Of a stretch of DNA of 64,000 nucleotides, positions 11,947 to 21,045 are shown one piece after another. Source of the DNA: Vicinamibacteria bacterium (GTDB lineage: Bacteria > Acidobacteriota > Vicinamibacteria > Marinacidobacterales > Marinacidobacteraceae); contig OY729431.1 of assembly GCA_963422395.1 (NCBI GenBank), forward strand, positions 2,176,001 through 2,240,000. The letters are read 5' to 3'. The notes under the pieces are model-generated. The model saw nothing but the letters and a program-made list of their open reading frames with translations, was not told the origin of the DNA and made no database searches. The number at the start of each line of letters is the position of its first letter. Within the stretch, counting starts at the first letter, position 1. The translations under genes and the position numbers were made by a program.

Positions 11947-12285
11947 ATGGAACCCACCGACATCACCGTGGAGCGCGGCAGCGGCAACGTCTTCGCCGAT
12001 CTCGGCTTTCCCGACGCCGACGCTCACCTCGTCAAGGCCGAGCTCGTCAGCCGCATCGACGACATCGTGCGCGATCGCGGCATCACCCAGACCGAGGCCG
12101 CGCGGCTGATGGGCCTGTCTCAGCCCGACGTCTCGCGGCTGCTGCGGGGCGACTTCCGCGAGTATTCGCTGGAGCGCCTGTTCCGCCTGCTCAACGCGCT
12201 CGGGCGCGACATCGACATCGTCATCCGCCAGCCCCGTTCCGCCGACGGCGCACGGCTGCGCATCGCCGCCGCCGAACCCGCCTGA
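11947..12285 (+). CDS. HigA-like XRE HTH antitoxin
   Basis: GSGNVFADLGF...ITQTEAARLMGLSQPDVSRLLRG..FREYSLERL; downstream of the toxin. Confidence 0.88.
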   Translation: MEPTDITVERGSGNVFADLGFPDADAHLVKAELVSRIDDIVRDRGITQTEAARLMGLSQPDVSRLLRGDFREYSLERLFRLLNALGRDIDIVIRQPRSADGARLRIAAAEPA

Positions 12286-12306
12286 CCGCTCCGCCGGTTT
12301 CTCCGC

Positions 12307-12404
12307 GGCAGGCCCGCGGTGTGGAAGGTCGTGCATCACCTGATCCGCACTCTGGACGCCGACGGGGAAGCCGAACCGGCGCGCGATCTCTGCTACCGGC
12401 TCTA
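12307..12404 (+). repeat. Partial diverged duplicate of the DUF1156 gene (5216..5352) with a 39-bp internal deletion
   Basis: ggcaggcccgcggtgtggaaggtcgtgcatcacctgatccg...ctaccggctcta. Confidence 0.85.
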
Positions 12405-12717
12405 AGCGCTCCACGGCAGCGTTTCGGGGCGGCGGCCGGAGGCGGAGTGACCCTGGGCCTTTGCTTCCGTTCCCGCCTTACCGCCGCGAAACTCTCGACG
12501 CCCGCACTTCGAGCCTCCCCGGTTCCGCCTTCATTACGGGGAAGCGCCGGGGGTTTCGCGCAGGCCGGGGGCGTTGACGATGAGTTCCCCGAGGTCCGTC
12601 ATGGTGTCGGCGCAAACGGGATGCCGACATCCGTCGACGATCCGGGGAACAGCCGCCGGGGCGACGAGGCGTATCGACGCACCTCCCCGGAGGAGAGGGA
12701 TTCCAGGAGGGGTCCGG

Positions 12718-13116
12718 TTACTTCCAGAGGGACAGGAGGACTGCCTGCCCGGTGATCGCAACCAGATTGAAACCCAGATTCAGCGTGAACAGGGCAGCCT
12801 TCCTCTTCTCGAAGGCCACCGACTGATACCCGACCGGAAGGACGAACGCGATGATCGCGACGAGTGCGGCATGGACTCCGGAGAGCGCGCCGCTTCTCCC
12901 TTCGAGCAGTACCGCCAGGCCGAATGCGGTGGCTAGTGCGAGCAGGAACGATACTCCGTAGGTTTTCAACGGATTGAAATCCTTCGCGATTTCCTCCTGG
13001 GTGGTTCCCATCAGGTCCAGCCAGCGCTTGCCGAAGAGAGGGCCGTACCAGAGGGCCCCGACGATCATCGGCACGAAACCGGCCACCACGACAGCGAGAT
13101 AGTTTCCATCGAACAT
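12718..13116 (-). CDS. DUF1761-like membrane protein
   Basis: NYLAVVVA...IVGALWYGPLFGKRW signature; 4 hydrophobic segments; AGGAG RBS. Confidence 0.75.
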   Translation of the reverse strand: MFDGNYLAVVVAGFVPMIVGALWYGPLFGKRWLDLMGTTQEEIAKDFNPLKTYGVSFLLALATAFGLAVLLEGRSGALSGVHAALVAIIAFVLPVGYQSVAFEKRKAALFTLNLGFNLVAITGQAVLLSLWK

Positions 13117-13168
13117 CGCAGAGGTCTCCTTCAGCACGGCGCCGCCGAAGACGGCAGGTCCGATCGGC

Positions 13169-14515
13169 CTATGGATCGGGATTCGGGACGGAGATCCCGG
13201 CCTTTTCGAGTTCCCAGAGGACGGCGTCGGCGAACTCGTCGAGCGACGGCACCTTGCGCCCGTTGATGAACAGGGTGGGAGTCCCGGTTACCCCGAGACG
13301 CAACGCCTCGGCGATGTCGGTCTGAAGCACCGCTTCGGTTTCCGGCTCGTCGAGACAGGCCGCGAACGCCTCACGGTCCAAGCCGGCGCCCGCGGCGATC
13401 CGGGTCACATCCCCCGGGTCCGGCGCTTCGGGCGGCGCCCGGTAAACCGCGTCGTGATACTCCCAGAAGTTCCCGAGGCGGTAGGCGCAGGCGGCGCCCC
13501 GCGCCACGTTGCAGGCGCCGGGATGGAGGACTCGGGGCAGATGGGCGGCGCAGGTCTGGTCGAGAGGGAAACTCCGGTAGTAGAGGGCCACCTGGGGGCC
13601 GGTCGGTCCTTCGGCGTACTGATCGAAGGCGAGCGCGAAACGCCGGCAGGATGGGCAGAGGAAGTCCGAAAAGGTCACGATTTTCACCGGCGCATCCGGG
13701 TCTCCCCGGAAGGGCACGCCGTCGAGATCCATTGCCTGGACCGGCTGCTGCCGGAAGGTGGGGTTCCTCCACTGCGGCAGCCCTCCGGCGTGGGCGACCG
13801 GCATCCGGGAGGGCCAGCCCGCGGGCGGCGCGGATACTCCGGAACGCACCCCCAGGATCGAGAGATCCGGCGTCTCCTCCGCCGCACCGCGGTCGCCCAG
13901 CCCGTGGTCGATGACCAGCACTGCGGCCAGAACGAGTCCCGCGGTGAGCCAGAACGCGCGGACGAGGACCCGATCCACGGCGAGGCGCGCCGGGGGCAGA
14001 GGTTCCGCCGGCGCCCGACGGGCAGGGAGCAGGCAGACGAAGGCCCAGCCGTTCGCGGCGTAGGTCCAGAGACAGAGCGAACAGAAGGCCCCGATCGACA
14101 GCGCCTGCACGCCGAGCAGGAACAGATCCACCACCAGAGCGAGACCCACCAGCGCCAGCGCCAGCCGACCCGGCGCGCTCTCGAGCCGCGAACCGCCCGG
14201 CGAACCTCCCAGGAGGGCCAGAGCGAGCAGGGCGCCGAGCGACACGAAGAAAGCAAGGCCCACTGCGGCCAGCGGAACGCCCCCGATCGCCGACCAGGCG
14301 CTCGCCGCCACCTCCTCGCAGCCCGAGCCTTGCGGGTCGCACACCGACGACGCCAGCGCCCCCGCGTCGAGACCGTGATGACGCAGCAGCAGAACCGCCG
14401 AGACCGCTCCGCCGAACACGGCGGCAGCGAGGGCCAAGCCGAGGCGCCACCGGTCCCCGGACACGGTCCCGTTCATGCGGACTGAAAGTCTATCCGTCTG
14501 TCGATTTTCGTTCAT
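13169..14515 (-). CDS. VKOR-DsbA/thioredoxin fusion (disulfide bond formation)
   Basis: VKOR loop cysteines CDPQGSGC and CSLC; thioredoxin FSDFLCPSC and GTPTLFING. Confidence 0.85.
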   Translation of the reverse strand: MNENRQTDRLSVRMNGTVSGDRWRLGLALAAAVFGGAVSAVLLLRHHGLDAGALASSVCDPQGSGCEEVAASAWSAIGGVPLAAVGLAFFVSLGALLALALLGGSPGGSRLESAPGRLALALVGLALVVDLFLLGVQALSIGAFCSLCLWTYAANGWAFVCLLPARRAPAEPLPPARLAVDRVLVRAFWLTAGLVLAAVLVIDHGLGDRGAAEETPDLSILGVRSGVSAPPAGWPSRMPVAHAGGLPQWRNPTFRQQPVQAMDLDGVPFRGDPDAPVKIVTFSDFLCPSCRRFALAFDQYAEGPTGPQVALYYRSFPLDQTCAAHLPRVLHPGACNVARGAACAYRLGNFWEYHDAVYRAPPEAPDPGDVTRIAAGAGLDREAFAACLDEPETEAVLQTDIAEALRLGVTGTPTLFINGRKVPSLDEFADAVLWELEKAGISVPNPDP

Positions 14516-15158
14516 AACACTCCGCGCAGACGGGAATCTCGATCCCTCCGCGAAGATCGGGCGCCGACTGCGGGGGGCCGAAAGAAGTACGGACCGGAAC
14601 CACGCCCGCCCAGTGCGGAAGCCCGAGATCCTCCGCATCGTCGGCGGGGGGGCCGCGGCGGGATTTCGCCGTCGCCTCCGTGAGAGGCATCGAAGCCACC
14701 AGCGTCGCGTCGAGTTCCCGGCCGTTCGGGGGGCGGGCGCCGCCGTGGCGGCCCGGAATCAGTCGTTCGAGCAGAACATCGAGCGCGCGCTGCTTGTCTT
14801 CCCGGCGCGCCACTTCCGCGGTCCGGCCGAGGACGACGACCGAGCGGTAGTTCATCGAATGGTGGAAGTGGGAACGGGCGAACACCAGCCCGTCCAGCAG
14901 GGTCACCGTGACCGCCGCTTCGACCCCGGAGGCGAGAAGCCGCATGAGCCGGCTGGCCGAGGAGCCGTGCAGCAGCAGGCGGTCTCCGTCCCGAGCGTAG
15001 CCCATCGGAAGGACGAAGGGAGAGCCCTCGTGGACGAACCCCACATGAGCCACGATGCCCTCGTCCAGCACCGAGTCGATGAACACCCGGTCGTGGGAGC
15101 CGCGGCGGGGCAGCCGCCGAACACGGCTTCTCGGGGTCGGTTCTGTCGAAGAACTCAC
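14490..15158 (-). CDS. Pyridoxamine 5'-phosphate oxidase-like flavin-binding protein
   Basis: LLHGSSASRLM, TLLDGLVFARSHFHHSMNYRSVV, WAGVVP. Confidence 0.85.
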   Translation of the reverse strand: MSSSTEPTPRSRVRRLPRRGSHDRVFIDSVLDEGIVAHVGFVHEGSPFVLPMGYARDGDRLLLHGSSASRLMRLLASGVEAAVTVTLLDGLVFARSHFHHSMNYRSVVVLGRTAEVARREDKQRALDVLLERLIPGRHGGARPPNGRELDATLVASMPLTEATAKSRRGPPADDAEDLGLPHWAGVVPVRTSFGPPQSAPDLRGGIEIPVCAECYERKSTDG

Positions 15159-15182
15159 GCTTCGCTCGTGGAAGCAGCATTT

Positions 15183-16316
15183 TCAGACCTCGCTATGGAG
15201 TGACAGGCGCTTGCGCAGCGTTTCCATGGTGATGATCCCGACGAGCTCGCCGGCGTCGAGCACCGCAACGGACCGCCGTCCCGCGGAGAGCAGCGGCACC
15301 ACCCGGATCGCGGCGTCCTCGGGGTGGAGCGTCTGTTCGACGATCTCGGTCCGCATCAGCTTCCCCGCGGGGAGCCGTTCCCACTCGGCCAGCGGGCGGC
15401 GGCGCAGCTCATCCATACGCACCGCGCCCACCAGTTCCGCCTCGTCGAGCACCGGAATTTCCGAATGCGGAATGTCCATCGTGGCCAGATCCCGGCCCGA
15501 AGCGCCGCGCTGCACCGACAGGATGCGGTAGTCGAGGAGGTGGGCGGCGGTTACTCCATGAAGCGTCTCGGCGAGCCAGAGCTGCCGGGTCACCTCGCGC
15601 GCCACCCGGCGTAGATGGAGGCCGATCACCACGAACCAGGCCCCGCAGACGAGTTGCCCGGTCACGGCAGCGCCTGAGCCGCCGAAGAAGGCCACCACGC
15701 CGAATCCGATCAGCAGCAGCCCGAAAGACCTCCCGGTCGCAGCCACCGCCCGGGTGGCGGCGGCCGGACGGCCCCACACCGCCCAGAGCACGGCTCGCAG
15801 GATCCGACCTCCGTCCAGCGGGGCCGCCGGGATCAGATTGAAGGCGAGGAGCAGTCCGTTCATCAACGCCAGATTACCCGCCACCGCCGCCGCCGCCGGC
15901 AGCGAAACGCGAGCGAACTGCTGTAGGGCCAGAAATGCGAGGGTGAGCAGCAGGGTGACGAACGGACCGGCCAGCGCGATCCGGAACTCGACGCCGGGGC
16001 GAAGCGGATCACCGGCCAGTTCCGTCGTGCCGCCGAATACCCGGAGGGTGATGCCGGACACCTTCATTCCCGATCGGCGCGCTACCGCCGCGTGCGCCAG
16101 TTCGTGGGCCAGCACGGACAGGAGGAGCAGCAGGCTCGTGAGCACCCCGAGGCCGACCGCGAGGACGGTGCCGACCGCGGGGTCTCCCCGGACGTACAGA
16201 ACCCCGAAGAGCGCCGAGAGGACGGCGGCCACCAGCAGCCACGAGGAGTGCACCCGGATGGGATAGCGGCCGGACCACGGCGCCGCCGCTTTCAGAGAAG
16301 GGTCGGACGGGGTCAA
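15183..16316 (-). CDS. Site-2 (M50) zinc protease with CBS domains
   Basis: HELAH, ALAGP and FNLIPAAPLDGGR; C-terminal CBS-like pair. Confidence 0.9.
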   Translation of the reverse strand: MTPSDPSLKAAAPWSGRYPIRVHSSWLLVAAVLSALFGVLYVRGDPAVGTVLAVGLGVLTSLLLLLSVLAHELAHAAVARRSGMKVSGITLRVFGGTTELAGDPLRPGVEFRIALAGPFVTLLLTLAFLALQQFARVSLPAAAAVAGNLALMNGLLLAFNLIPAAPLDGGRILRAVLWAVWGRPAAATRAVAATGRSFGLLLIGFGVVAFFGGSGAAVTGQLVCGAWFVVIGLHLRRVAREVTRQLWLAETLHGVTAAHLLDYRILSVQRGASGRDLATMDIPHSEIPVLDEAELVGAVRMDELRRRPLAEWERLPAGKLMRTEIVEQTLHPEDAAIRVVPLLSAGRRSVAVLDAGELVGIITMETLRKRLSLHSEV

Positions 16317-17695
16317 CAGTCCAGCTCCCGGGGGAGCGCCGCGGGCGGGGCACCGCCGCCCCCTCTTTCCCGATCCCGACAGACGAGCAACACCCGCTCC
16401 CCGGCCATCAGTTCCTCGTCGAGCCAGCCACGATTCAGGGCGAAGAGTACTCGTTCGGTGACCTCGCTCCGGCCGCTGCCGGCCAACCGCGCGAGAGCGC
16501 GCCGGACCGAACCCCCGCGGGGAAGGGGCCGAGCCGAAAGCCGCAGGGGTCCCGGGAGCGGAGCGTCCCGGAGCCGGTCAGCGCTATGCAGGATCTCGAG
16601 GAACAGCGCTTCGCACCCGTCGAAACTGCGGCCGTCGCAGTCGAGGCGGACTTCCACGGGCCCGCCGGCACTCCCGAGGAGGGCGATGAGGCCGGCGGGC
16701 CGGGTTTCGCGGGTTTCCCGTATTTCGGCGGCTTCGGGGACTTGCCGGACGGGCGGCGCCCCTGACGCGGTTCGATCCGCGATCGGCTCGTGGAGCCGGG
16801 CACGGATGCCGGAGAACCCGCGCACCCGGAACACCTCGGCGAGTGCGCTTTCCTGGCCGCTGCTTTCTGCCAGAGTCCGGAGACCCGAAGCCAGCTCGCG
16901 GTGGAACCGGCGCTCCCGGTCGAGATCACCGTCCATCGGGGGGTCGGGGGCTTCCGGGAGCGGAGCCGTCCGGACCGTGAGCCCGATGGGTTCTCCGGCG
17001 CGGCTCGCTACGAACTCGCCGGGACCGAGCGGTTGAAAACGGGCGCCCCCAGGCAGCGAGAGTCGGAGATCCGCAGCGGGCAGGAGCAGGCCGCGCCCGT
17101 CCGACATCCCCCGTTCGGGCGGGTGGCCGAACACCAGCCCGTCGAGGAGGTCGAGCCAGTCGGCGCGGCTCGCGGATGCCCCTTCCCCCTGCCCTCCCGC
17201 TTGCCGTTCCCCGGCGCCAGGCGGCTCTTTCGCGGGCATCGGGAGGCGCAGGGGCTGCTCTAGGAGCGCTTGGCCGCCAGCCGAGCGAAAGCCGCCGCCG
17301 GCATAGATCGCGGCCGCACTCCGGAACAGCGCTTCGAGCGCCGGTTCCCCCGAAAGCTCGGCCAGCGCGCCCCGCGAAAGGAAGAGGTGCCGATCCGCGA
17401 ACAGGAACGCTTCTGCTTCCGCGTGGTCGAGAACCACGAAACGCCAGCCATCCGCCGAGCCGGAGGACGAAACCGCCCCGGCGATCGCGCGGCGGCCGAT
17501 CGCGGCGAGCCCGGCGGAAAGCTCGTCGTCGGCAAGGGTCCGGTAGCGCGCTTCGAACCCGGGGCGTGCCCGTCCGGCGGCCGCGACGGCAGCCGCATCC
17601 GGCGGCATCGAAAGCGAACGGGGGGAGAACGCACAGCTCGAAAAGGCGAGCAGCGAGGCTGCTGCCCAAAGCGGCGCCTTCCCCACCGTCTGCAT
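16313..17695 (-). CDS. M48 peptidase-like lipoprotein, apparently lacking HExxH
   Basis: Lipobox-like AFSSC; WRFVVLD..EAEAF....HLFLSRGAL; LDGLVFG; HExxH position reads RSAAA. Confidence 0.55.
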   Translation of the reverse strand: MQTVGKAPLWAAASLLAFSSCAFSPRSLSMPPDAAAVAAAGRARPGFEARYRTLADDELSAGLAAIGRRAIAGAVSSSGSADGWRFVVLDHAEAEAFLFADRHLFLSRGALAELSGEPALEALFRSAAAIYAGGGFRSAGGQALLEQPLRLPMPAKEPPGAGERQAGGQGEGASASRADWLDLLDGLVFGHPPERGMSDGRGLLLPAADLRLSLPGGARFQPLGPGEFVASRAGEPIGLTVRTAPLPEAPDPPMDGDLDRERRFHRELASGLRTLAESSGQESALAEVFRVRGFSGIRARLHEPIADRTASGAPPVRQVPEAAEIRETRETRPAGLIALLGSAGGPVEVRLDCDGRSFDGCEALFLEILHSADRLRDAPLPGPLRLSARPLPRGGSVRRALARLAGSGRSEVTERVLFALNRGWLDEELMAGERVLLVCRDRERGGGGAPPAALPRELDC

Positions 17696-17786
17696 TCCGG
17701 ATACGCGCGGACGCCGCCGGCAGGAGTCCGGCGGATCGACGCCCGTATGGGCGCCAGTCCGGGTGGTCGGCGAAAGCGCCGACAGC

Positions 17787-18044
17787 TCAGGCGTAGAAGT
17801 TCGTGTTGATGTCCCGGTATTCCGCCCACTTGTCCGGCAATTCCTCGTCCGGGAAGATGGCGGTTACCGGACAGGCCGGCTCACAGGCACCGCAGTCGAT
17901 GCAAGTGTCGGGGTCGATGTAGAGCTGGGTGGCTTCCTCGAACCCGTCCTCGTCGCTCGTCGGGTGGATGCAGTCCACCGGACACACATCCACACAGGCC
18001 GTGTCTTTCGTCCCGATACAGGGCTCAGCGATCCAGTACGACAT
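17787..18044 (-). CDS. Dicluster ferredoxin (FdxA/7Fe type)
   Basis: CIGTKDTACVDVCPVDCIH and CIDCGACEPACP. Confidence 0.92.
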   Translation of the reverse strand: MSYWIAEPCIGTKDTACVDVCPVDCIHPTSDEDGFEEATQLYIDPDTCIDCGACEPACPVTAIFPDEELPDKWAEYRDINTNFYA

Positions 18045-18160
18045 CGAAGGAAGCTACCTCCTCGAACAAGTGCAGCGCGCAAAATCGGTGATGGTATGGA
18101 ATCTCCCGGCCGAGCGCGCCTGCCAGCGGCCGGATTCCATCACGATGCTCCGAAGGCGGA

Positions 18161-19645
18161 TCATCCGAGTTCGAGAAGCCTCTGCGAAATCTCGGTAACC
18201 CGATCCAGAAAACCCCAGAATAGTAGCCCAAGAAGATTCGGAACGACCAGGAGCAGCAGCAGGCCCCGATCCAGACGGCCGAACGCGAGCGCCGGAGTTT
18301 CGCCGGTTTCGGGGTCCACCACCATGGTGCGCAGCACCTTGAGGTAGTAGAAGGCCGCCACCGCGCTGTTCAGCACCCCGACGACTGCGAACCAGCCGAG
18401 CCCGGCGCGAATCACCGCCGCGAAGACATACCACTTGGCCAGGAATCCCGCGAAGGGGGGGATGCCCATGAGCGAAAACAGGAAGACCGCCATCGCGATC
18501 GTGAGCAGCGGTGAGCGCTTCCAGAAGCCGGCATAACCGCTGATCTCGAAGTTCCCGGTCGCCCGATGGGCCAGGATCACGACGAGAAAGGCTCCGAGAT
18601 TCATGAACAGGTAGATGACGAGATAGGCGGTGATCGCCTGCACTCCCTCGACGGAAAGCGCCGCGGCACCCATCAGCATGGTCCCGGCGTGGGCGATCGA
18701 AGAGTAGGCGAGCAGGCGCTTCACATTCGTCTGGAGCAGCGCCGCCACATTCCCGAGCGTCATCGTGATGACCGACAGGACGATGAGCAGCGTCTGCCAA
18801 TCCGCCCCGCCCACCGGGGAGAAGGCTCCGCCGCCCGAGGGCTCGGCCATCCCGGAGTAGAAGAAGCGGATCAGCACCGCGAATCCGGCGGCCTTGGGCC
18901 CCACCGACAGGAACGCGGTGACCGGAGTGGGGGCTCCGGTGTACACATCGGGGCACCAGAAGTGGAAGGGGGCAGCGGCGATCTTGAACCCGATTCCGGC
19001 AGCAACCAGCACGAGGACCAGCAGGAGCGCCGGGCCGCCGGCCTCTTCGGCGAGGGCGGCGCGGACGCCGTAGAGGTCGAGGGTTCCGGTGAGTCCGTAG
19101 AGGAGCGAAAGGCCGAACAGCATCGCGCCCGTCGAGACCGCCCCGAACAGGATGTACTTGAGCGACGCTTCGTTCGACAGCCGGTCCGAGCTCAGGTAGC
19201 CGACCATCAGATAGGAGGCCACGGAAACGGTTTCCAGCGACAGATAGATCATCGCCAGGTTCACCGAACCGGCCATCCAGCAGAGCGCCGCGGTGGCCGT
19301 CAGGAGCAGGGCGATCATCTCGCCCATCCGCACTCCGTCGAGTTCTTTCGAGCGGAGAGTGAACGCCAGCACCACGATGGAGGTGAGGATGAAGACCGGC
19401 CGCAGCACCGCCAGGAGACCGTCGTCGGCCACCATCGAAGCGAACAGCGCGGCCCCGCCCGGCTCGGTGAACGAGGCCAGCAGGGCGGCGGCGAGACCAG
19501 CGAAGGCCAGCCCGGTGAGCAGGCGGCGGTTCTCCCCGACCGGCCGCGCCTGCGTCAGCAGGTCGGCGACGATCACGATCGCGAGGGTCCCGACCAGAAT
19601 CAGCTCGGGGACGAACCGGGCGAGGCTCTGGACTGCGTCGAACAC
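18161..19645 (-). CDS. nuoN: NADH-quinone oxidoreductase subunit N
   Basis: EASLKY, FKIAAAPFHFWCPDVYTGAP, KRLLAYSSIAH, GIPPFAGF. Confidence 0.95.
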   Translation of the reverse strand: MFDAVQSLARFVPELILVGTLAIVIVADLLTQARPVGENRRLLTGLAFAGLAAALLASFTEPGGAALFASMVADDGLLAVLRPVFILTSIVVLAFTLRSKELDGVRMGEMIALLLTATAALCWMAGSVNLAMIYLSLETVSVASYLMVGYLSSDRLSNEASLKYILFGAVSTGAMLFGLSLLYGLTGTLDLYGVRAALAEEAGGPALLLVLVLVAAGIGFKIAAAPFHFWCPDVYTGAPTPVTAFLSVGPKAAGFAVLIRFFYSGMAEPSGGGAFSPVGGADWQTLLIVLSVITMTLGNVAALLQTNVKRLLAYSSIAHAGTMLMGAAALSVEGVQAITAYLVIYLFMNLGAFLVVILAHRATGNFEISGYAGFWKRSPLLTIAMAVFLFSLMGIPPFAGFLAKWYVFAAVIRAGLGWFAVVGVLNSAVAAFYYLKVLRTMVVDPETGETPALAFGRLDRGLLLLLVVPNLLGLLFWGFLDRVTEISQRLLELG

Positions 19646-19657
19646 TGGCTGGCCGGG

Positions 19658-19963
19658 TTATCCCTTGAGTTCCGCGGCGCGGTCGAGGTCCACGTGTTTC
19701 ACGGCCCGGTAGAGGGACATCACGATGGCGAGCGCGACCGCCGCCTCGCAGGCGGCCACCACGATCACGAGCAGCGCGAAGACCTGCCCGCCGAGCGCTC
19801 CCTCGACGAAACGCGAGAACGCGACCAGGTTGATGTTCGCCGAGTTGAAGAGCAACTCGATGGACATCAGGACATTCACCGCGTTCCGGCGGGTGAGCAC
19901 TCCGAACATGCCGATGGAGAACAGCGCCGCCGAGATGTACAGGTAGTGCTCGAGCGGGATCAC
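19658..19963 (-). CDS. nuoK: NADH-quinone oxidoreductase subunit K
   Basis: LMSIELLFNSANIN, VAACEAAVALA. Confidence 0.95.
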   Translation of the reverse strand: MIPLEHYLYISAALFSIGMFGVLTRRNAVNVLMSIELLFNSANINLVAFSRFVEGALGGQVFALLVIVVAACEAAVALAIVMSLYRAVKHVDLDRAAELKG

Positions 19964-20469
19964 GGGCGCGTCCTCCGCCGCACGAGCATCGCCGCGCCCA
20001 TGAGCGCGATCAACAGCAGAACCGAGGCGATCTCGAAGGGAAGCAGGTATTCGCCCACCAGCAGACGCCCGATGGGCTCGCTCGTCGGTCCGGGATCCCC
20101 GGTATGCAGCGCGCGCCAGTCCACGGAGTGGATGATCCAGACCAGCAGCGCGAAAACGCCCCCGGCAGCGAGCGCTCCCGGCACCACCTGGATGGCTCCG
20201 CCGTGAAGGTTCAGGTCGTAGATCCGGTTCGTCAGCATCACCCCGAAGAGGAGCAGGGTGAGGATGCCTCCCACATAGATCAGCACCTGCGCTCCCGCGA
20301 GGAAGTCGGCCCCCAGATACAGGTAGAAGACCGCGACCCCGAAGAACGCCGCCACCAGAGCGAACGCCGAGTGGACCAGGTTGGAGCCGAGGACGACATA
20401 GAGCGCGGACCCGAGCACCACCGCCGCGGTGCCGTAGAAGATGATGGCCGCAGCCCCCAGAGACTCCAT
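19960..20469 (-). CDS. nuoJ: NADH-quinone oxidoreductase subunit J
   Basis: AQVLIYVGGI, YLLPFEIASVLLL. Confidence 0.95.
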   Translation of the reverse strand: MESLGAAAIIFYGTAAVVLGSALYVVLGSNLVHSAFALVAAFFGVAVFYLYLGADFLAGAQVLIYVGGILTLLLFGVMLTNRIYDLNLHGGAIQVVPGALAAGGVFALLVWIIHSVDWRALHTGDPGPTSEPIGRLLVGEYLLPFEIASVLLLIALMGAAMLVRRRTRP

Positions 20470-20502
20470 CGCTCGCGCTCCCCTAGCAGTCCGTGGAAAA
20501 CC

Positions 20503-21045
20503 TCAGGCGCCCCGAGCGGCGGGAGCCGGGGCGGAGGGCACTGGGGCAGCAGGCGGAGTTCTCGGCTCTTTCGCGTACCGGTGCAGGAGATCCCCCTTGG
20601 TCTTGCCGCCGAACTCGTAGTCCGGCGTCATCAGGATGCAGTCGGTGGGACAGGGGAAAACGCAGAGCTGGCAGTAACAGCACAGCGACATGTCGATGTC
20701 GAACTGCACCACGGTCTGCTTGATGGCGGTCCCGTCCGCCGCGAAGATCGGCGGGGCACCCCGTGGGCGCTTCTCGTTCTCGATGTGGATGCAGTCCACC
20801 GGACAGGCGCGCTCGCACTGCTTGCAGCCGATGCAGTCCTCGATCTTCACATGGAGCTTCATCCTCGAACTCTCCATGAGGGACTCTTTCGGAATGTCCA
20901 GCGGAGAAAGCCAGCGCTCTCCGGGAAGCTCGTCGGCGGTGTACTGCTGGGTCACCGAACGGGTGAAGAGGTGACGGAAAGTCACAGCCATGCCGATCAG
21001 AACGGTGCTGACCGTTTCCCAGAGGTCGAGAAAATAACGCTTCAT
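20503..21045 (-). CDS. nuoI: NADH-quinone oxidoreductase subunit I
   Basis: Two 4Fe-4S motifs CIGCKQCERACP and CCYCQLCVFPCP; ATGA overlap with nuoH. Confidence 0.92.
   Translation of the reverse strand: MKRYFLDLWETVSTVLIGMAVTFRHLFTRSVTQQYTADELPGERWLSPLDIPKESLMESSRMKLHVKIEDCIGCKQCERACPVDCIHIENEKRPRGAPPIFAADGTAIKQTVVQFDIDMSLCCYCQLCVFPCPTDCILMTPDYEFGGKTKGDLLHRYAKEPRTPPAAPVPSAPAPAARGA

Noticed and set aside
12405-12717. tRNA or att site at the island's right border
   Set aside because: No cloverleaf and no repeat matching the left end was recognisable by eye
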